From Phoronis australis (lineage: Eukaryota; Animalia; Phoronida), in the NCBI GenBank assembly GCA_002633005.1, contig NMRA01001168.1, positions 1 through 44,305 of the forward strand: a stretch of DNA of 44,305 nucleotides. The letters run 5' to 3'. Numbering within the stretch: the stretch's first letter is position 1; every line of letters starts with the position of its first letter. Below, piece by piece: positions 11,633 to 24,330 of the stretch. The translations under genes and the position numbers were made by a program. Below the pieces are notes generated by a model that was given only the letters and a program-made list of their open reading frames with translations, searched no databases and was not told where the DNA came from.

Positions 11633-14600
11633 GTCGATTGAAGACTGGTTGATTCACTTCACCGTTCAACTAATATACTAGCTACCACGGACACTTCTTT
11701 GAAACGCCTGAAGTCAAAACGCGCCCCACAGAAAGGCCAAGTTACCACCCTGCTCTACCGTCTACAGGAGCTATCGCCTTCGTCATCTCAGAGCAAACTT
11801 CTACTGGGCACCCTTAACACCAAGCTGAACACCATTCATGAATTCACCGCTGCCATGCACGACCTTATCGATGAAGACAACGCAACCGAGGAAATGTTGG
11901 CCGATGAATCCTTCATGACTGAGATAGAACTTGTTAGTTTTTTACATCTCGAGGTTCACTACGCACTCCCGTCTCCACAACCTGCCGTGATCACCGCACC
12001 CTCACCTGGAAATGCACGTCTACCCAAGCTGGAACTACCTCGCTTTTCTGGCGATCGGTTGGACTTCCCATGTTCTCCGCCACTATCGACACCAATAACC
12101 AGCTTCCGGTTAATCAAAAACTTCAATATTTGCTTCCGGTGATTGATGGACCTGCCAAAGAAGTAAAAAGTGGACTCACCCTCACGCCAGAAAATTATAT
12201 CACTGCAAAAGAACTTCTCACAGAACGCTACGCTTCAGTAACTAAGCTCAAAGCCGACATCTTCCGCTCGCTTCAACCTCTGCCACACTCATCCCAAGCA
12301 AAATTTTGACACTAATACGCACACCTGGAAAAAGTTCTTCGCACTCTTGACTCTACCGATCCTTTTGGTAACAAGGACTTTCTCGTTACCGTTGTGTTAG
12401 ACAAGCTGCCAATCGAGATACAGCGCAACATAGCACGCCACAACAATGGAAGTTCAGAATGCGACCTTGCCACTCTGTGCGCATACATGTACCTAAAAAC
12501 TGAACGCGATATTATGGAGACAGGCAACCACCATCAGAACTAGCTGTCCGCCAGTCCCAGTGATTACGTTGCCTAGACAATTAAAACAGGCTTTCTTTTT
12601 CTTAACTATAATTAAGCAAGAATCACAAGAAATGTCTGTTGGGCAGTGAGTGGGTGTGTGGTCCCCCGAACAATAAAAGCATAACATACATTGTGGATTG
12701 GTCTTGTACAGTCTAGCGCTGGTTTGGAAAGCAATCATTGAGCAGAGGTGAAACTTCCGTGGAAACCAGACCACGGGGACCTCCCCTCCAACTATGCCGT
12801 CTCTTACTCTCGCACTCGCGGTATGGTCAAACGTTTAGAGCTCGACACTCTATCCCACTGTTACCAAATTATTAAAAAACAATTGAGCGTAGGGATAATT
12901 GAGAAAGTCTCGAGTGACCATAATGGTCATTTTATCCCACATCAACCAGTGATTCGACCTGGCTCAAAAACCACACATGTAAGCTTGGTATATGACTGCA
13001 GCTGTAATCCCGACCCTGCCAAACCATCCCTGAATGACTGTCTCCAAGTCAGCCCATCACTAATCCATGACCTGTGCGCCATTCTGCTGCGATTTCGATT
13101 GCACAAATTGGCGTATCCACCGACCTCGAAAAATCCTTTCATTCATGTTCACGAATGTGATCGAGACTACCTTAAATTTCTATGGCTTTCAGACCCAAAT
13201 GACCCTGACACGGATTTTTTTTAACATACCGCTTTAGCACTGCACTGTTTGGTGCTGTATGCTCACCGTTTACTTCGAATGCGTTAGTGCGTTACCATCT
13301 TGACCGCTGTGATAACAACCCCATCGTCTCAGACATCAAACGCACTGTTATGTGGACAATATCATTACCAGCTGTCGCACTGTTCACCATTCACATGAAG
13401 GCAGCTGGCTTCAGTTTGCGTTCTTGGGCTTCTTCGGACAAGACTGGTCGAGACACAGCTTCTGATGACTCTACTACCGTGAAAGTGCTAGGCATCAATT
13501 GGGACACTCAAGCAGACAGCGTTAATCTAATGAGCCATGATTCTAACCACTATAACACGCACGTTTACACAAAACGAAATGTTGTCAGTTCGACAGCTAA
13601 GTCGTTTGATCCTCTAGGGCTTGTAAACCCAATAGCTGTTCGTGCCAAACTATTCCTTCAAAATCTATGGGCTGACAAGTGTGAGTGGGATGAACTCCCT
13701 GTCCAGTATATTGCATAACGAGTGGTCTGACATTGCAGCAGACCTTCAGAAGTGTAATCAGAAATCTCTTCCTAGGTAATATTTTTCCTAGTATTGATTG
13801 TGTCACCAATGTCAAGCATATGGTGCTGTAGTCTATCAACAATCTTTTGATCGGGCAACATTAATTATGTCTAAGTGTAGAGCATCGCGTACCCCTCAGA
13901 TGTAAGCGTACATTACCACAGTTGGAGCTACTAGAAGCTTTAATCAGTATACTATGTCCTCATTAGCAGATGTACATGTAATCTCAGTGGACAATGTATT
14001 TCTTTGGTCAGAGAGCCAGATTACATTGTGCTGGCTACAATCTAAGAAAAAATGCTTGTATTTGTTCAGAACCGTGTAACTGAAATTCATGCCCTGAACG
14101 CCAGTGCCAAATGGATGCACTGTCCAACAGATAGTTACCCGGCAGATATTTTAACCAGGGGTATAGTTTTTGAAACTTTGAAACGATCACGCTTATGGTG
14201 GAACGGCCCCGACTGGCTTCCCAAGCAACAATGGCCACCCTAATCACTACATTTGGACACTACCCTGAATGTTCTGGTCTTTCCAGTAACAAATGACCCG
14301 CGTAGCAATCAACGTCCTTCAGCCAACGTTCAACTGGTGTCAGCCAAATCATGGACATCAACAGGTTCTCTACCCTTCGACGATTGCTTCGTGTCACCAC
14401 ATGGATAAACAGATTTGTCAACCGGTGCAACGACACAACCTCAGCCGTTTCCGAGACTCTAACCGCGCAAGAACTAATTTCTGCGAAACGTCGGTGGATT
14501 TGGGCTACACAACATGAAATCTACCACATAAACATCGATGACGTCATACAGGCCAGAACCAAAACCCCACTCGTCAAACAAGATGGCCTATTACTCAGCG

Positions 14601-16039
14601 CAGGAAGAATATACAACGCCAACCTACATGACCACACAAAGTTTCCAATCATGTTGCCATCCGCCCAAAAGTTCACAGAATTGGTCCTCAAAGACGTCAG
14701 AACCCTCTTCAGTGGTGTCAACATAATCAGCACATACTTACGTCAGAACTACTGGATTCCAAGAAACCGACAACGCCTAAAGCTGTCATCCGGTTGTTTG
14801 TACCGTGTTGCAGCGTGACTGGTCAACCGAATCCTCAATTAGCCACGTCTCCACTGCCTGCTGACCGCGTGAGAGATGCACAACCCTTTGAGATTACTGG
14901 TGTTGATTACAATGGCCATCTGTTTGTCAAGAACCCTTCAGACAACAAAAACAACACAGCCCATGTATGTTTGTTTACATGCGCAATTACTCGAGCGATA
15001 CATCTGGAGTTGGTCTCTGACATCATTTATTCGAGCTTTTCGTCGCTTTGCGAGCCGACGCTCCTTACCACGTGTTGTGATTTCTGACAATGCTACAAAT
15101 TCTGTTGGTGCTCCAGCAGACGTCAATGAATTGACCAAATCAGATCACATTCAAGATTTCCTCGCAGATCAACTCGTTTCATGAAAATTCATTCCCCGCC
15201 GCGCTCCATGGTTCGGTGGTTTTTGGGAACGTCTCGTTGGAATTACCAAGACCTGCTTAAAAAGATCCTCGGTCGTTCGCAAGTGCCATTTGACGAATTT
15301 CGAACGATTCTCATGGAATGTGACTGCTTTTAAACGACCACCCCCTTACATTAGTGTCCGGCTCTGAAAACGAACCTGGACCGCTCTCTCCATCACACGT
15401 ATTACCTACACGGACGTAAAATCTCAGGCTTTCCCTTCCGCGACGTCCAAAATGAAGAACTCTCTGACCACAGTTTTGACGCGACCACTGTACAGTTGCA
15501 ATATACAAGGCGATCTGCACTCAACAGTCATTTCTTTCGCAGTTGGCAACACGAGTAAAAACTGCACTTCGTGAACGGCAACACTTCCTAACCCGACGTT
15601 ACCATACTTCACTCATCACCATCGGCGACGTTGTTTTGGTTCACGACGACAAGCCAAGTATTCTATGGAAAATGGCTCTAGTAGAGCGACTCATTTGCGG
15701 GCATGATGGATTCATTTGCTCTGCCGACATTCGTTCTCAGTCTGGCAGAACCAACCGTCCCATGATTAAGCTCTACCCACTTGAGACAGGCGTGGACTAC
15801 GTTCCGGATCCGCCACCCGCCGACACTACGAGTACCCCATCTAATTCGGCCTCAACACCGCGTCCTCCACCACAAAGGCGAGCAGCTTTCCGGGCTCGTC
15901 ACAATATACGACATTGGACAACTGATTGATTCGACTACATTATTTCGTTTTTCATGCGTCTACTTCTTCACATGTTTATCACATATCTCTTATTCTAGCA
16001 TATTTCGCAAGTTATCTTTAGCATAATTGTTATTTGACT

Positions 16040-16173
16040 ACTACATCACTTACTTTTGTTTTTTTCTACCACTTTCTTAGACTAGAAGAATAGTAACGCT
16101 TCCTGTTCCTAGAACTGTTTGTTTGTCAGCAAAGTGCAACCTTATTATTTGGTTGGTTAATTCGTGTTTCTCT

Positions 16174-16180
<7 letters not shown>
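16040..16180 (+). repeat. Partial 3' LTR of BEL element
   Basis: tacatcacttact...ttctaccactttcttagactagaaga...ttcctagaactgtttgtttgtcagca...ttaattcgtgtttctct matches the 5' LTR. No PPT or LTR 5' end is visible. Confidence 0.85.

Positions 16181-16208
<28 letters not shown>
16176..16208. repeat. (CT)n microsatellite running into assembly gap
   Basis: Direct reading. Ns follow at 16209-16292. Confidence 0.95.
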
Positions 16209-16292
16209 NNNNNNNNNNNNNNNNNNNNNNNNNNNNNNNNNNNNNNNNNNNNNNNNNNNNNNNNNNNNNNNNNNNNNNNNNNNNNNNNNNNN
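16209..16292. other. Assembly gap (N run)
   Basis: 84 Ns. Confidence 1.
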
Positions 16293-17038
16293 CCCCCATC
16301 CTCCCCCCTCTCTCTGTCATTATTACATCAAACCAGATTTGATAAGCGTTAGCAATAAGTGTACGAGGAATAGGAGAGTTCACTCTGCCATCTTGCCATT
16401 AGCCGCAATGGTTAAGGGGGCACACTACACTACAACAGGCTTTTGGCTGCCGACACACACCGAAGTACAGATGGGCCCTTTCTTCACGTGCTAATCAAGT
16501 GTCTGAATAAAACAAAGGTTCTTGTAGCATTCCCAACTCACAAGCACTACTGCTGACAACTGAAACTTACTTATGCCACAGATTTTCAATCGATTAATTC
16601 ACATCGGCAAAAAATCCCGGCACACAGAAATGTTACCAAAAAACACCAACTTTGACAAGTTTTCTACCCAAAATTGTCACTACCCTGCAAGTGCTAGGAA
16701 AAATCCGACTACAGATTCAGAATGATCGCACTCTCGAGATTCTTGTGGTCATAGTATGCCCATAGTTACTTTTTGGCAATTTTGATCTGTCTGACAGCCA
16801 ACTAAAAATCGCAGCCTGTATATCGGACATCAGGCTACAAGGTTTCAGCAAACGAAAGTCACCGTTTTTCATCAAAAGTATGTCACGTCTAAAAAACTTG
16901 GATTTTCTCATTCAAAAACACAAGTAAATCAGTTTCCTGGCATTTGTTTTCAGTAAATTCCTCGAACAACCAGCCAAACCTGGCATACGCCCTGGCATAC
17001 GCCCTGCACATAAATTCTAGGGACTAGAAATGGCAAAG

Positions 17039-17125
17039 TGGCTGCTGCCTAACTGTTCAGTGTGGCCCCGTGGCTGCAGCCTAACTGTTCAGTGTGGCCC
17101 CGTGGCTGCAGTCTACCTGTTGAGT
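17039..17125. repeat. 32-bp minisatellite, ~2.7 copies
   Basis: tggctgcWgcctaactgttcagtgtggccccg repeated. Confidence 0.9.
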
Positions 17126-18112
17126 CCATCCAAATCAGTCGCACCAAGCGGCGAATAAAAACCACTAATTTAGCGGCGCAGTCCGAACAATGTAAATACT
17201 GATAAATTCATACCTAAGTTTAATGACGTTCGACGTGCAATGAAAATATGTCTGTGGGCGCCAAATGGGTGGTGACCCCTCTCAGGGTGTACATGTCAGG
17301 ATTGCTAAACAGGTAAAAACCAATGGGTGTGCTACATGACTGTTGAGCCCTCCCTTCGTCTCAAAATTTGGTTGTTCCTCTGACCATTGACAACATGTGT
17401 TGAGGTGGTGATAATATTAGCCCCTTGTAGCGAACTCGCAAGTGAACTCCCCGATTGTAACTCAGTCTTTGGTGTTGGTTTTTAAAAGGCGTGAACGTTT
17501 CACCCCTGAAAGCGAAAATTCAACACTGTGTGGTTGGATTTGTTTAGTGCTTTAATGAATTGCATATTACACGTAGTTGGTGTCTTTTGAAAGCGTAGGC
17601 CTATATGCCCACATAAAATATTTCAAAAAATATAGCGGACACCAAAGTGAACTCAGGAAATGAAGCAATCTTTAGATACCATCGAGTGGTTCACGAGATT
17701 TGAACATTTGCAATTTCTGCTAACTAGGTCCATTGTATAACTGGGTAACAGAAGTTAAAATTGCTTTGCCTAAATCGGTATCGAAAAAGCATCTCACAAC
17801 CATTGTTTCAACAAAGTTTATATACCTGCTCTGATTACATTGCTCGGTACATCTTTTGTGAAATACCATAATTTGGATAATCTCCAGGCGACTTTAACTT
17901 ACAATGAATCTATGAGCATCAAATTAAATCGAGCATCTAGGCTACATGTACATAGGAATGAAAAAAATACCACATTCCATAAAGAAATTAATTCTTGGGA
18001 TATGCTTACCCATAAGTTATGCTTATTAGGGCCAAAAGCAGATTTAATTATGCAAGCACATGAGATTAAATGAGGTCAAACTTGCTGGAACAGAACCAGA
18101 CTTAACTGAGAC

Positions 18113-18690
18113 TATCATGGGACGTTCGGGTGAAATTGTCGCGCGTAATTACACAATTACGACCGAGACTTCTCTCGTGTTTTACGAACATAATCAATAT
18201 ATGCAAGAGAAATTGGTCTGTAGGTTACGGGATTTCTGGAGCAGTTGTACGGTCGTAATTTTACAATCGTATTTTTAACATGTTGTGAAGTGTTCAGAAG
18301 GCAAGGTATACACATGTATATTAATATGAAAAGACTGAAAGGTATCGAAGACTGACTGACTTTTTACATGATGCCCTAGCCATCCAAGGCATTTCAAATT
18401 GGTCCGTTTTAATACATAGTGAGGTGTCTGGCAACTTGCTTTTACTGTATTTCTTAAAATTAGCAAGCTTTTTAAATATTTCGGCCTAACGATTTCAGTC
18501 ACGGGCGATCTCTCGGTAGTAATTACCAGCGAACGATTTTGGTCGTAAAACACGAGCAAAATCTCGGCCGTAATTAGGAGCGTAATTACGGACAAACTAT
18601 TTTGGTCGTAAAGTACGAGCGAAATCCCGGTCGTACTTACATGTCCGAGCATAATTACAGGCGATATTCACTCTTAAACGCCCCATGATA
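18113..18690. mobile_element. MITE-like element with TIRs and internal taattacg/gtcgtaa subrepeats
   Basis: Left end tatcatgggacgtt, right end aacgccccatgata. Subterminal motifs are inverted between the arms. Confidence 0.65.
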
Positions 18691-18707
18691 ATTATACTAG
18701 TAAATAG

Positions 18708-20017
18708 GACAAAGACTTCCCTTGTGTTTTACGACCAAAATCGTTCGCTGGTAATTACGAGCGAAATTACAAACGAGTGTTCGCTCGTGTTGCTCTTCCG
18801 ATATCGTTGTGTCCAATAAGAAATTGGTTTGTAGGTCACGTGAGCTCTGAAGAAGTGAGTTTACGCTCGAAATTTTAGCAAGTAGCTGTTACTAGATTTA
18901 AGCAGAGGCAGATCTACAGGACGTTCAAGGGGTTCAACCCCCTCAACCAGGATCAAAAGTATAAATTGAAAAAATGTCACAAGAATAACGAAATCAGCTA
19001 CCAAAAACCACAAAAATTCTTTCACCGAATAAGGAAACCCATCCCGACCTTCCCTCTGCTCAGCGCTACCCGCCTCGGATTTTTTCTAATCCTAACTTCC
19101 GCCTTACTGAAAACGTAGATCTGCCACGGTTAAGTACCGGTCCACGAGACCAATATTACACAGATACATTTGTTTTGTGGTGCAAATGGTTTGTTATTCA
19201 AATTTCTTGATTAAAGAATGAAGGATTTACAACCATAATTTAGAAATTCTACATTACCACCCCCTCAAAAAATCTATCAGGACCTGTGATCGGCTAACAG
19301 AAGTCTTTAAAGCTAGCTTCTTGTTAAAGTTATTTTGGTGATTTGTCATGACGCTCAGTTATGCATGTAATTGCGCGTTGTCAAATTCACGTTTTGACGT
19401 TTGTTTTGAAACGTTTGAGTTTTATCTGTTTGTTACTAGAATTTCAACACACTAATTAACCTGTTGCTCTTCAGAAGAGAATCTCCTTTTAATTTAACTC
19501 ACATGCTCACTTATCATTACAAAAATAGTTTTGAATCATTTTTTGCAATGTCATACTTTATGTCATCAGCACGCTCTGGACTAACAGAGTGAAACTTGCC
19601 TAAATATTGCAAAAGCAGGATAATTTTAAAAAATGAAATAAAAACATTGTCAAACAATCTGATAGATATGCATTCTGGCCCCTCAATATGTTCAAGAATG
19701 GACCATTTTAAAATGCCTAGAATTTCTAAGGCAGCAAGTAAATTTGTTTTAGTTAGTCTTCTATATTTTTAGATCTTTTTGTTCTTATATACTTTGCAGC
19801 TTCGATTTTACATTCTGAACATTTCATAAATTATGCGCAAATATGAGCGTAAAATTATGGGCGCACAATTATTAACATAAAATTACGAGCGAAAAACACA
19901 AGCGTAAATTACGAAGGTATTACTAGTGAGCAACAGGTTCAGAGATCTCGTTACTTACAGATCAATCCGCATTGGATATAGTGACTACGGTCGTAAAACA
20001 CAAGGGATGTCTCGGTC
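18708..20017. mobile_element. Related foldback/MITE-like element with inverted arms
   Basis: gacaaagacttcccttgtgttttacgacc (18708) is inverted at ggtcgtaaaacacaagggatgtctcggtc (19989-20017). The arm is also similar to 18161-18240. Confidence 0.55.
18903..19129. mobile_element. Small nested MITE (hAT-like ends)
   Basis: ggcagatctac ... gtagatctgcc terminal inverted repeat. TSD not clean. Confidence 0.5.
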
Positions 20018-21088
20018 TTAACTAAATTCTGCCCTCTCGGCCCGCGACACTTTCGCGATGGTAGAAAAATACATCAGGCCAGACCTAGTTGTCGAAATTA
20101 CAGGCACTTCTATTGAATTAATGAACATGAGAATCACAGTCATCTCTGATATTTGCACTTTCTGCCAATTTCTTAGGAAATCTTTGTAAGTGTAACGCAA
20201 AAATACATGTGCACTTGCGCAAGTTGCCTGCATTACATTAACGGGTCAAGTATAGTGCATAAGATACATGTAATAACGTGCACATTCTCCAGTGAGCATT
20301 GTGGGTGAGCACCTTGGAACGAGTAGTGCTGTGCTTTTTGGGACGTGCCTATTAGCCAGCTTGTTGTGCTATTACAAACTTTGAAAATTGAGTCATGTAC
20401 AGTATTTTATTACAGTTACATGTACGTAAAATGTAGAAACATTTCTAGAGCAACTACCTTTTGAATTATTCAATGAAGTGATATGCCTATCACTATGTCA
20501 TGGCTCTTAATATGATGTTTTAAAAAGTACAATTGAAAAGGTGCATTTGCGTAAAATTATTTTTGGAGTACAGTATTATAAGGAACCACCAGCTGTTACT
20601 GTATAGTTTTGCTCGTATAGTTCTCAGCTATTTTTCGGCTATGATGCCGCAGAAAAAGGGCTGACCCGGCCTTTAGAACATTTATTTTCTTTTACAAAAT
20701 GCCGGCAGCTCATTTTATGCATTAGTAAGTTATAAGACTAAGTTGTGTGATCTACATCGTCTCTTCTTGAAGCAGCTGTTAACATTCACATTTTGTAAAC
20801 GCACGTAGTAATTTTTAAACTATTTCATTCAAATCTTGAGAGCCCCTCACATGTCCCTGAATTACTATCACTGTTCGGCCTGAACATCTGGAACATTTTT
20901 TTTGTTTTGCTGGCCTCCTTAACGGCCACGGTCTCCGGGCTTGTGGGCCCTTTTGTTCAATTCTCTCGACGTCCATGGCCATGCATTCCATTTAGTTTGC
21001 AAAGTGTTTTTTATCCAAACTGCTTTGAGTATTCGTTGTGGAAACCACGATGTTTTAGTTGAGACTGGTTTGCTATGTTGACAGAATC

Positions 21089-21203
21089 GAGATCCCGAAA
21101 TAATTAAGTCGGTATCTCGAGTTCCTAAGGTCCCAAGATAATAAAGTCGGGATCTTCAGATCCCGAGATACTTTAGTCGGGATATCAAGATCCCGAGACA
21201 TTT
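21089..21203. repeat. Hairpin-forming minisatellite (~4 units)
   Basis: agatcccgagata...agtcgggat units repeated in tandem, each self-complementary. Confidence 0.7.
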
Positions 21204-21457
21204 AAACAAGAAACGCGCGATGTCATTTTTGAGCCACCGTACTTTCACGCAACAGTGGAAAATTTTATAAACAATTCCTTTCAACTTTCCGGTGGACAGT
21301 GGATAAAAAAGAGTATCCATCAGTTCCATATGAAACCAGTCAGCCATTTCCAAGTTGTCCAACCTTAGCCAAATTTAATAAGTTTCTAGGGTCTTACTAA
21401 CCTTATCACAACAATACTGGGTTGACGTCTCTGATTTCAAACGTTTATTTTCATCAG

Positions 21458-21793
21458 GAAATGCCTTTCGTGTGCTGTGCGGTACACTCAAATTACCAAC
21501 AATTTTGTCGCAAAAGAGTACAAGTTGGACGGCCCACTTGATCCTTCACCATATTATGACTGTTCACAGCGTCTAACTGCCAAATGTGAAAAAGATTGTA
21601 GTGCGGCTCTGACAGTCGCGAGCAACAAAAAGTACTTTGGAAGAAACTCCGTAGATTCAGTTTCAGCCCAAAAAGTATGTGCTAACATTGGACGACCTAT
21701 ATCCACCCCTGGATTGCGACTCGAAGTGACGTATGACATAGGTGACAATCACCATCACCATTTTGTGGTGCCAGGTGGAAGTGTTTGTTGTGG
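21458..21793 (+). CDS. Cys-rich repeat protein, domain exon 5 (phase 2-2, 336 nt, His cluster)
   Basis: Acceptor ttttcatcag|G, donor GG|gtaagt. Encodes KCLSCAVRY...YDCSQRLTAKCEKDC...KVC...DNHHHHFVVPGGSVCCG. Confidence 0.9.
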
Positions 21794-22436
21794 GTAAGTT
21801 GTATAGTTTTTAACATCGTTCCTATTGTCATTTGTATTACAACCCTCAATGTGAAATAGTGTACATTTATTTCTTGTTCTTTGCATGATTGAGGACAATG
21901 GAATCGGCAAGTTGTCAAATCTGAAGTTAACTGAGCCATGCGCTATCGATCTATGACATTACTCAGTTTATAGGTGCTAACAAGGATATTTTGATTGCAT
22001 AAAATTCAAAGCACGCCATTGGACGGAAGAATTGCTATGTACACTGAGTTAATACCCGAAAAAATCAATGTAACAGACAGCGAAAGCAAACCTTGTGTAG
22101 GCATTTCTGTCTTCAATTGGCGACTTGCCTGCTGCAAAACTGCAACTGTCTACAACTGAAGAAGTCTGCTGCGACTTGGCTATGCCCACTATCAATCAGC
22201 CGGAGACCGAGATAACGACTGTAAGCAGGCCGTTGCTTGTCATCTAGACGGCCGATCGCCTACTTGCAGCGAATCTGACAAGTATTCGTGACGTGCTCTG
22301 AAGTTCATTGCTTTGCAGGACTCTTGTTTTCGGTGGCGAGAATTGTGAAATTGGTTGAACTTACAATAAGTTGTAATAGGTCTCCATTACTCATGCTTTG
22401 ATATTCCGTTTATTCGCAGCAGAGACACATGTAACC

Positions 22437-23574
22437 GATTGTTCTAGAACACCCTCACCCCCACCCACGACCCCATCGACCTACGAGCTGTGGCATTAGA
22501 TGTATCTTTGCGCTGTTTACATTTCACGATGATATTACCTTCCCATAAGACATACCTACACGCGAGTCTGCCTTGGCTCACGTCCAGTGGTTAAAACCGA
22601 AAACCCGAAAGATCATGATCTGGCAAAGCGAATTGCGAACTAGACAATGACAATCATTTCTAGCTATTATAGGAGCTTTTCGTCGAATTATGCATCGCAC
22701 CTGACTAAAACATCAAAGTCACGTTGTTCTAAAAAACCTTTTGAACACAAAGGACACATTAGGAGGTCTTCGGTGTATTTAGTGTCTTCCAACTCGACAA
22801 AATACTCCCGTTATCAATCTTTTTCTTCGAGCACTCCCCCGTTTAGTTCCCAATATCGGTAACTCGCCATTTTAACATTTTGCACACCAGGGCAGGGATA
22901 CATACGTCTTGCTACCTGCCGGGTGCAGTGTTAACAATGGCGAGTTATCAGGTTTGGCAACTGAACGAGGGACTGCTCGAAAAGAAAGTTTGATGTCACA
23001 GAAAGTCCCAAGAGCGGTTCTAGTAGGCCTAGCCCTGTTCTAGTAAACTTAGGGAGAGAGAACGTTAACTTGAATGAACATAACTTGACATTATATTACA
23101 TTCATTTGATTTCTATTGTTTACTCGTTTACAATATACTCCATGTAACACCGAGGTACTAGTTTATTGAGCAGTTCATTTTTCAAACTGTATTTACTGAA
23201 GAAATTGCATATTCGTCGGTTCCTCTCCCAAAAAACCTGAATTTGCCATTCAATGAAGAGCAGACGAGATGATTACACTTTGCCGGGAACACTTTTAACG
23301 TTAGTATATGTACATGTAAGTCTTTGATTTGATTTGGGTCGCGTTTTTTCTGTCCGTGGCTTTCTATCTTGTCGAATTGACTCTCCTAGGTGGAAAAAAA
23401 CAGGGGCAAGCCTACTGAATTCCTTGTCTACGATGTCAGCGCTTGTTCTATGTTTAGATCGAGTCGAGCCCGAGTAGACTGAGTCGAAAAGATCGTGGTT
23501 CTTGGGTCATCGGTCTACGGGGATCGTGGGTTGATGGAGTCGTAAGGTGTGGGTCAAAGTGTTTTAGAACAATC
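22437..23574. mobile_element. Non-autonomous TIR DNA transposon inserted in a pseudoexon
   Basis: Left gattgttctagaacac...cgaccccatcgacctacgag vs right (reverse complement) gattgttctaaaacac...cgactccatcaacccacgat. Flanks acatgtaac / acgtgtaaa resemble a decayed ~9-bp TSD. Second copy at ~5860-6423. Confidence 0.75.
22815..22992. repeat. Long imperfect palindrome (nested small MITE/foldback)
   Basis: tcgagcactccc...taactcgccatt..taaca..tgcac pairs with gtgca.tgttaacaatggcgagtta...gggactgctcga. Confidence 0.8.
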
Positions 23575-23575
23575 C

Positions 23576-23868
23576 ACGTGTAAATTAAGAGCACCAAGCG
23601 GCGTCGTTTGAACCAAGGTATCGCTTAAGCTCAAGGGGATCAGCTGCACAAGAGCTCCAGTACATAGATTATTGCCTATATGTAGTTGAGGCTACACTGA
23701 ACATAAATGGGAAAATGCATTTAGTTTCGGACCAAAGTATCCAGGAAACAAAGTGTGTGGACTTCTTGGAAATCGAAAGTTTGTCAGCTCAAAAAGAGTA
23801 GCTTTATATTACGAATCAGACTCAGGGAGGAACTAAAACAGAGTACTTGGGAAATGCCTGTTAAGCGG
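23576..23868 (+). pseudogene. Decayed domain exon (pseudoexon, paralogue of exon 3)
   Basis: Fragments TCKLRA..., PGNKVCGLLGNRKFVSSKRVALY, then after a frameshift GTKTEYLGNAC*, ending gcgg|gtaaat. Contains stops and frameshifts. Not in the ORF track. Confidence 0.8.
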
Positions 23869-24191
23869 GTAAATCTGCAGTGGAAAATCTTGTTCTGAAA
23901 TGCTGCGACCCTGTTAGTGACTATTTCAATTGAGAATTTCTGGAAAATTTCGATATGGTGGTGTCTACTGTCAACTCTCTAGCTACTCCACATAAATGAA
24001 CTGAACAAACGTATAACTGTCTTAGAATCTATCGTGCCTGGGTGCCTGATTGTCATATCGAGAAAGTCTATGAAAGCACTTGGTAATTATAATTCATCAC
24101 TACCTAAAAACTAAACTGAAATTTTCAAGTTAAACAGGAGTGTTCAATTGGGCATTACTTTTTAATTGGCGACAGAGATATTTTTACTGTC

Positions 24192-24330
24192 CATGTACGC
24201 ACACAGCCTACAAAATGGGGGGCTTGAATTTTTGAGAATGTGGACCTTTTTCTTAGATTTACCGGGTACGTTCAGAGCTATGAATTGTGCATTCGCTGAA
24301 TTTTGGCAGTTTCTGCCTTTTTAGTGGACT
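24192..24330 (+). repeat. Dispersed repeat, copy 2 (homologue of 4575-4717)
   Basis: See copy 1. Confidence 0.7.

Larger units (their letters stand above)
11146..16208 (+). mobile_element. Degenerate BEL/Pao LTR retrotransposon within intron 4
   Basis: gag (LPKLELPRFSGD; QKLQYL...YITAKELLTERY), RT (HQPVIRP, VYDCS, SLNDCL, ILLRFR), RNase H region (FDPLG, FVQNRV..I, PADILTRG, WWNGP), integrase (PFEITGVDYNG, AIHLELV, ISDNATN, PWFGGFWER) and C-terminal GDVVLV/KLYPLE motifs. Heavily frameshifted. LTR-derived direct repeat at both ends. Confidence 0.95.

Noticed and set aside
17039-17125. CRISPR-like 32-bp repeats
   Set aside because: Head-to-tail tandem with no unique spacers, eukaryotic context, no cas genes.
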